From positions 544,001-608,000 of the forward strand of contig CAVSHR010000004.1 in NCBI GenBank assembly GCA_963727625.1: a DNA stretch of 64,000 nt, read 5' to 3'. A program made the position numbers and the translations under genes. Source of the DNA: an uncultured delta proteobacterium. Its GTDB lineage: Bacteria; Desulfobacterota; Binatia; UBA9968. Below are positions 58,775-64,000 of this stretch, piece after piece (the first letter of the stretch is position 1; each line of letters opens with the position of its first letter). Under the pieces are notes generated by a model that ran no database searches, was not told the DNA's origin, and saw nothing but the letters and a program-made list of their open reading frames with translations.

Positions 58775-60073
58775 GTGATCGGTCTCTATACGACTGACGA
58801 ATCAGGGAGGCGCCGGATTTTTTTCGGCTGGTATATGGTCGCTGCGAGTGTCGTGGCGAACACGATCTTCTCCGCGGCCTTTTTCCAGGGTTTCGGGGTT
58901 CTCATTATTCCGATAGAACGCACCTTCGGCTGGGATCGATGGGTGATTTCAGCCGCTATGTCGCTGCGTCAGTTGCAGTCCGGCATCGTCAGTCCCACTG
59001 TCGGGTTTCTGCTGGACCGCTTCAGCGCGCGAAAATTGATTTTCTGGAGCGCCGTTATTTCGGGTGCCGGCTTCATCGGCCTTGGCTTTACCACCGGCCT
59101 ACTTACTTTTTTTCTTTTCTTCGTCATCATTTGTCTGGGAGCATCGGGCGTCAGTCACGCGGTCACCTGGCCCGTGATCATCTCGCGATGGTTTCGCCGT
59201 AACCGCGGCCTGGCCATCGGACTCGCCGTCATGGGTCCTATCTTCGGGACGCCGCTGGTCATCCTGAACACTCAGATCGAGCAGGCGCACGGCTGGCGCG
59301 TAGTTCTGATCGCCTACGGCGCCATCGTTTTGATCGGGATTACGCTGCTCAGCATGCTGGTCCGCGACCGGCCGGAGCCCTACGGTTTGCGGCCCGATGG
59401 CGATCCGCCGCAGGAAAACAGCGCGATCGAACATTCCGCAGGCCCAGCGCCGCGGCGCGCGGATGCCGGGCTGACGCTCCGCGCGGTGCTCCGCACCAAG
59501 GATTTCTGGCTTTTCGCGGGCTATTTGTCCGGAACTTTTACCATCAACTCGGCGATCCAAGTGCACATGATTCCTTACTTCGAACAAGACGTCGGACTGA
59601 CTGCGGCTTGGGCGGCGGTGGTTATGTCGATCGTCTATCTCACGAGCGGCGTCGGGCGCATCGGCGGGGGTTATCTGCTCGACCGAATCGATTATCGGTA
59701 CGTTTTGGCGGTCGTCGCCGCAATGATGGGCTTTGCGCTGCTCTACCTTCAGGTGGCAACCGTCAAATCGCTCTGGGCCACCTTGCCGTTCGCGCTGATG
59801 TTCGGCATCAGCCTCGGCGTCCTTGTTCCTATGCGCGGCGCTGTCGGAGCCATTATGTTCGGGACCCGAGCCATTGGAGGAGTCTTGGGTCTATTGCAGG
59901 GCGGGTCCATAGCTGCGGGAGTCGTAGGGCCTTTAGTCATGGGCGTGATATTCGACCTGAACGGCAACTACTCCGCTGCCATATGGGGACTCATTGTTGT
60001 CGGCGCTTTGATGGTGCCACTCTCCTTAGCCATGTCTTCGCCCGCCGAATTGGCGAACCGCATAGAGCGGTAG
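58775..60073 (+). CDS. MFS transporter (OFA/MCT-like)
   Basis: IFFGWYMV, GFLLDRF, RWFRRNRGLAIG, about 12 TMs. Confidence 0.9.
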   Translation: MIGLYTTDESGRRRIFFGWYMVAASVVANTIFSAAFFQGFGVLIIPIERTFGWDRWVISAAMSLRQLQSGIVSPTVGFLLDRFSARKLIFWSAVISGAGFIGLGFTTGLLTFFLFFVIICLGASGVSHAVTWPVIISRWFRRNRGLAIGLAVMGPIFGTPLVILNTQIEQAHGWRVVLIAYGAIVLIGITLLSMLVRDRPEPYGLRPDGDPPQENSAIEHSAGPAPRRADAGLTLRAVLRTKDFWLFAGYLSGTFTINSAIQVHMIPYFEQDVGLTAAWAAVVMSIVYLTSGVGRIGGGYLLDRIDYRYVLAVVAAMMGFALLYLQVATVKSLWATLPFALMFGISLGVLVPMRGAVGAIMFGTRAIGGVLGLLQGGSIAAGVVGPLVMGVIFDLNGNYSAAIWGLIVVGALMVPLSLAMSSPAELANRIER

Positions 60074-60269
60074 CGGTTCTGATGAGTGTAACCCGGCATC
60101 GTGTTAACGGCATGGTGTCCGGTTGCCGAGAAGTGAAAGTCTTAAGCCGCGCTTAGCTGAAGCACCTGGAGCAACGTCAAAGGTAAAGATTGGGTAATCA
60201 TCTAGCCGGCCAACGTTTCTCGACTATTTATTGGCACGATTACACATTTACCGCTGTCAGTCTTGCGTA

Positions 60270-60490
60270 TCACGCCAGCACGCTCCTGTTGTCTTCGATG
60301 CCCTTTCTCACCCTCGCCGGCAGCGCCTTCTCAGCGTTGCGGAGGTGGTAGGTCATTTGCAGGTTCATCCAGACTTCCGTCGACGTTTTGAAGAACGTTC
60401 CCAGCCGGATCGCCGTATCCCCTGTGATGCCCATTTCACCTTTCATGATTGCCTGCTTATCGACTTGCCTGAGACGCCGATTGCTCGCCT
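60270..60490 (-). pseudogene. higA: HigA antitoxin pseudogene
   Basis: Manual translation: AIGVSGKSIS /frameshift/ AIMKGEMGITGDTAIRLGTFFKTSTEVWMNLQMTYHL; N-terminus missing. Confidence 0.75.
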
Positions 60491-60579
60491 TTTGGCCCCA
60501 GCCTTAGGGCCATCGAATGCGCCGCGCCCTTGCTTAGGCCCCGAATGCTCGGTCTTCCTTGCGTTATAAGCCGTAGGAG

Positions 60580-60867
60580 TTAACTCGCATTCCGCTCTTC
60601 GGCGATCTTTTCCGCCAAGTAAACTTTGATGAGCGACTGATAGGGAATATCCTTTTTATTGGCCAGGACCTTGAGTTGATTGAGCATCTCGCGAGGCAAT
60701 CGAAGCGAAATAGATTTCACCGGAGCTTCGATGCCACGGTCAAATTCAATTTCGACCCGGCTCGACTTGGAAAAATCGAAGTATTCCGTGGTGTCATGCG
60801 TGCTCCAAAATTCCCGCTCGTCCTGCTCGTTTCTGAACTTCGGCACCGGCTTAATTGTCTTTTTCAT
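60580..60867 (-). CDS. BrnA/CopG-family antitoxin
   Basis: PKFRNEQDEREFWSTHD, SISLRLP, IPYQSLIK. Confidence 0.9.
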   Translation of the reverse strand: MKKTIKPVPKFRNEQDEREFWSTHDTTEYFDFSKSSRVEIEFDRGIEAPVKSISLRLPREMLNQLKVLANKKDIPYQSLIKVYLAEKIAEERNAS

Positions 60868-61147
60868 ACACTTTCCTCTCGTTTCTGCTCATCGGGCGCG
60901 CGCTGATCACGCGTATCCGGTTCGCACGAACGGTAAACACTACGGTCAAAAGCCGACTGCCGTAGGTCTTCCCCAGCCCAACGTACCGAATCTCCTTTCC
61001 CCCCTTTGAGCTCCGGGTCACAACTAGCGGCTTGTTAAAAAAAATTTCCTCCGACTCACGGTCCGTCACACCGTGCTTTGCTTCGTTTTTGGCGGAGTTT
61101 CCTTCATCCCACTCAAAGCCCTTGATTCCCCGCAACACCTCGGACAT
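60851..61147 (-). CDS. brnT: BrnT-family toxin
   Basis: FEWDEGN..KN..KHGV, RIRVISARPM..ERKVY. Confidence 0.93.
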   Translation of the reverse strand: MSEVLRGIKGFEWDEGNSAKNEAKHGVTDRESEEIFFNKPLVVTRSSKGGKEIRYVGLGKTYGSRLLTVVFTVRANRIRVISARPMSRNERKVYEKDN

Positions 61148-61153
61148 GGAGAC

Positions 61154-61182
61154 AGTATATGACTATCATATACGGGCGTCAA
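61154..61182 (-). promoter_or_regulatory. Sigma70 promoter with overlapping operator for brnTA
   Basis: TTGACG-N17-TATACT; perfect inverted repeat GTATATGA-N3-TCATATAC at 61155-61173. Confidence 0.8.
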
Positions 61183-61401
61183 TTATTCGAAGCTCGAGAC
61201 GAAAAAGGCTTCGGGAATCTTTTCCGCTCTGCCAGATACGATTCTAACATTTCCGATTTTCGTCGGTCTCACCACGTGGTCAACGTGAAAGCGCGGTCCT
61301 GTAGCTTCAGTTTGGACGAATTATTCGGCCTTACCCACCGGGCCCGGCAGCAGGCCTGACGAGTCATCAGAGATCGCTCGCATTGAATCTATTGAGAAGC
61401 A

Positions 61402-62607
61402 CTAGTCCTCAGCCCGCGCCGCCATCCAGCCGGCGAGCAGCGCTCCGGTCACTGCGGCGAAGTGCACCGCCGCCATCGGCACCCAGGACCCGTCCGCGAG
61501 CATTCCGGTGAGCTGCTGTAGCGCGGCCGGCCAAAAGAACTGCGAGAACACCACCGCTCCCGAGGCAGAACCAGCAAGCTCGGTGTCGACCGCCATCGCG
61601 CCGGCCTGAGCGTAGGGCATGGAGAGACCCTGGGCGAGGCTGACGAAGATTCCCGGGATGTAGAGCGCGGCCATGGAGACGCCGCCGAAGTAGAGCCAGC
61701 CGACGAGCAGCGCGCCGTTGGCGACACCGACCACGCCGCCCAGGATGGTCATGAATTCGATCGAACGGCTGGCGCCGATGCGCCCCGAGATGAAACTGCC
61801 GGTCATGAAGCCGATCGGGAAGGCGAAGAACCACAAACCGATCTTGGCGGCATCGGCGCCGAGTTGTTCGGCAGCGAGAAATGAGGCCGCGGTCGCCTGG
61901 GTGTAGAAGGCCCCGGACATCAGTCCGGGCTGCAGCATGAAGGCAACGAAACGCGGGCTCCGGAGCAGCGACCTGTAGCCGGCGAATACGCCATGCGGCA
62001 GCGCGGCGCTGCGAGCTCGGGTTTCCGGCACGCCGAAGATTACCGCGAGGATAACCAATAACCCGACAGCCGACGCCAACACGAACAGCGCGCGCCAACC
62101 GAACAGCACGGTCAGCTGGCCGCCGATCGCCGGCGCCACCATCGGCCCGAGCACGTAGGCGGCGGTGAGATAGGCGATCACCTGGGCAACGCGGTCCTGG
62201 CCGTAGACGTCGCGGGCGATGGCGCGCGCCAGCACAACGCCGCACCCCGCGCCCGCTCCCTGCAGGATGCGCCCCGCGAGCAGCATCGGCATATTGGCGG
62301 CGACCATGCAGGCGGCCGCGCCGCAGGTAAACAGCACCAGCCCACCGAGCAGCACGCGCTTGCGCCCGAAGCGGTCGGACAAACCGCCGTAGGCGACCGT
62401 GAAGAAGGCCATCGACAGCATCGCGAGCGACATCGTGAGCTGGGCCACGCCGGTCGAGACTCCAAACGCCTCCTTCACCGCCGACATGGCCGGGATGAAC
62501 AGATGGAGCGAAAGCGGCCCGATGAAGGTGATGGAGACCAGCGCGATGAAGAAATGCCAGCGCGGCCGGAAGAGCGTCGTCATGTTGGGGGTGTCAACGG
62601 GATTCAC
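61402..62607 (-). CDS. Bcr/CflA-family MFS efflux transporter (start 62607 or 62583)
   Basis: YGGLSDRFGRKRVL, GRILQGAG, ARAIARD, APAIGG, FGWR. Confidence 0.92.
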   Translation of the reverse strand: MNPVDTPNMTTLFRPRWHFFIALVSITFIGPLSLHLFIPAMSAVKEAFGVSTGVAQLTMSLAMLSMAFFTVAYGGLSDRFGRKRVLLGGLVLFTCGAAACMVAANMPMLLAGRILQGAGAGCGVVLARAIARDVYGQDRVAQVIAYLTAAYVLGPMVAPAIGGQLTVLFGWRALFVLASAVGLLVILAVIFGVPETRARSAALPHGVFAGYRSLLRSPRFVAFMLQPGLMSGAFYTQATAASFLAAEQLGADAAKIGLWFFAFPIGFMTGSFISGRIGASRSIEFMTILGGVVGVANGALLVGWLYFGGVSMAALYIPGIFVSLAQGLSMPYAQAGAMAVDTELAGSASGAVVFSQFFWPAALQQLTGMLADGSWVPMAAVHFAAVTGALLAGWMAARAED

Positions 62608-62660
62608 CTTGAAGCGCTCGGGATAGCGAACGTCGGCCGGGTTTGCGCGGAATTTGTGGG

Positions 62661-62709
62661 GTCGGTGATCAAGTCGTGGAGTGAAGCGGCTGTGGCCGGC
62701 TATTTCGTT
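62661..62709 (+). repeat. Duplicated 3' end of the 55699-57063 gene
   Basis: GTCGGTGATCAAGTCGTGGA identical to 57012-57031; SVIKSWSEAAVAGYFV versus SVIKSWKEAVTSGYFV. Confidence 0.85.
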
Positions 62710-62849
62710 GCATGGTGCTCGCCGAAATCTTTACAACTTAGGGCGAACTACCAAACACTGAGCCAATTCTCGACTCTATCCTCTTACGATTGCTGCAGCA
62801 TCCCGTCAATGCCTCGTCATGCATCCAGGCCTCAGGACCACTGTTAAGG

Positions 62850-62992
62850 ACGCCTGCTGGCGCGATCTTCGTAGTCACTAATCCGGCATTATCGAGCGAG
62901 CGGCGCACGGTACCGTTGGCCTTCGCCTCCTCGACGAAGGCGCTTGCATAGGCGAGCCCAGCAGTCCTGCCTTTCGGTACCGCGAACGCTAC
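62850..62992 (-). pseudogene. C-terminal fragment of a polar amino-acid ABC binding protein
   Basis: Manual translation VAFAVPKGRTAGLAYASAFVEEAKANGTVRRSLDNAGL, with no 5' part. Confidence 0.65.
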
Positions 62993-63044
62993 CTAGGAAT
63001 TAGGGATGCCCTACCAAGCCCTCCATCGTACCCCGACTCCCGCC

Positions 63045-63452
63045 GACTACGCCACTTCGAAGCCGAGATCCTTGAGGGCGCGCGAAGCCCGCGGATCGCT
63101 TCATCCACGTCCGGCAGCTCGACTCAGGCGATGCCAATGAAGTAATCCTTGCCGGCGAGCTCTTCCGCAACCGTATCGTTTTAAGCGCGCGCCATCGCGA
63201 CGCCCAAGTCACGCTCGACTTCATAGATCAGCGGGCGGTTGTCGGCGAGCACCACTTGATAGTCGAAGCCTTCCCGCAGCATGACATCCCGGTGCATCGC
63301 CAGATTCCAACGCGTCTCGCTGAAAGAGTGGATTTTCTTGCCATCGTGTTAATAGGTCGCGGCGTCGCCGGGAAATTTTTCGCCGCAGCGGATCATCTAG
63401 CCTGCGCCTTCTTTGAATTCAACCAGTCATGGGTATCGCCGTCGATGTACAT
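63045..63452 (-). pseudogene. Amidohydrolase_2 pseudogene (5' part only)
   Basis: MYIDGDTH...GVAMARA*NDTVAEELAGKDYFIGIA*VELPDVDEAI with in-frame stops and frameshifts. Confidence 0.75.
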
Positions 63453-63586
63453 CTCCCACTTCGACTGAAATAATCCCGCCGATTCTAGGGCGCAGCGCCG
63501 CCAAGGTCAATCACGTTTGACGCAATCATGGCGAATCGCTACATTGGCGCCTGACATCCCGACCAGAACAAGGACCCAACCAACGA

Positions 63587-64000
63587 GTGGCATCCACGGA
63601 AGATCATTTTCCGACCGAGCAAGTACCCCCGCCGAATATCCGCCCCTGGTCCTCGCTGTTGATTCGCGACTATCGACTGATCTTTATCGCAATCATGTGC
63701 GCCAACACAGCGAACCAAATGCGCAACGTGGCGAGCCTTTATCAAGTTTATCAGTTGTCGGGTTCATCGGTGCAGCTCGGCTTGGCGGGTTTTTTCCAAG
63801 CCTTGCCCTTTATTATTTTCGGCTTGTTCGGCGGTGTCCTCGCCGACACGATCAACCGCAAAAAGCTGATCGTGACCACCCATCTTTGTAACGTTCTGCC
63901 CGATTTGGCGCTTGCCTTGCTCACCGTCACCGGCCGGGTTCAGGTCTGGCATATCTATACCCTCAATGTCGTCGCTTCATCGCTACAAGTTCTCGGCGGA
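63587..64000 (+). CDS. MFS transporter (EntS/MFS_3-like), runs off window end
   Basis: Not in ORF track. Manual translation from GTG: PWSSLLIRDYRL...YQLSGSSVQLG...FGGVLADTINRKKL...VQVWHIY. Confidence 0.82.
   Translation, partial: MASTEDHFPTEQVPPPNIRPWSSLLIRDYRLIFIAIMCANTANQMRNVASLYQVYQLSGSSVQLGLAGFFQALPFIIFGLFGGVLADTINRKKLIVTTHLCNVLPDLALALLTVTGRVQVWHIYTLNVVASSLQVLGG

Noticed and set aside
61243-61330. attC-like start (GCCGAATAATTCGTCCAA) and a GTTAGAA upstream of brnT on the minus strand
   Set aside because: The two ends are not complementary and there is no integron integrase or cassette array

Overview
GC-rich bacterial chromosome segment. Gene content (many Amidohydro_2 enzymes, SsuA/THI5-like binding proteins, valS-nadC-birA-coaX-fusA synteny) suggests a deltaproteobacterial-type lineage such as Candidatus Binatia; this is inference, not a database result. 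The left half is mostly housekeeping: valS, nadC, birA, coaX, an EF-G paralogue, tRNA-Leu(CAG), quinone genes, an orphan nuoB, cspA, thrB, tRNA-Met, lplA and the aceE-aceF-lpdA PDH operon. The right half holds catabolic and accessory genes: a plant-type thrC plus cystathionine gamma-synthase pair, an NahE-like aldolase with tandem amidohydrolases, an FRG gene, an amidase with a small partner, a sigma54-driven signalling locus, a BrnT/BrnA pair and several pseudogenes. No rRNA, CRISPR array, integrase or intact transposase was seen. Strongest leads: (1) a sigma54 locus encoding a histidine kinase, a QseE/GlrK-like sensor that has lost its kinase half, and a QseG-like lipoprotein; (2) a 5.6 kb islet bounded by a duplicated, synonymously diverged 3' end of an uncharacterised hydrolase gene; (3) a plant-type Thr/Met branch-point operon; (4) a PuuD membrane domain facing a stand-alone cytochrome c. 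All homology calls come from motif recognition by eye.
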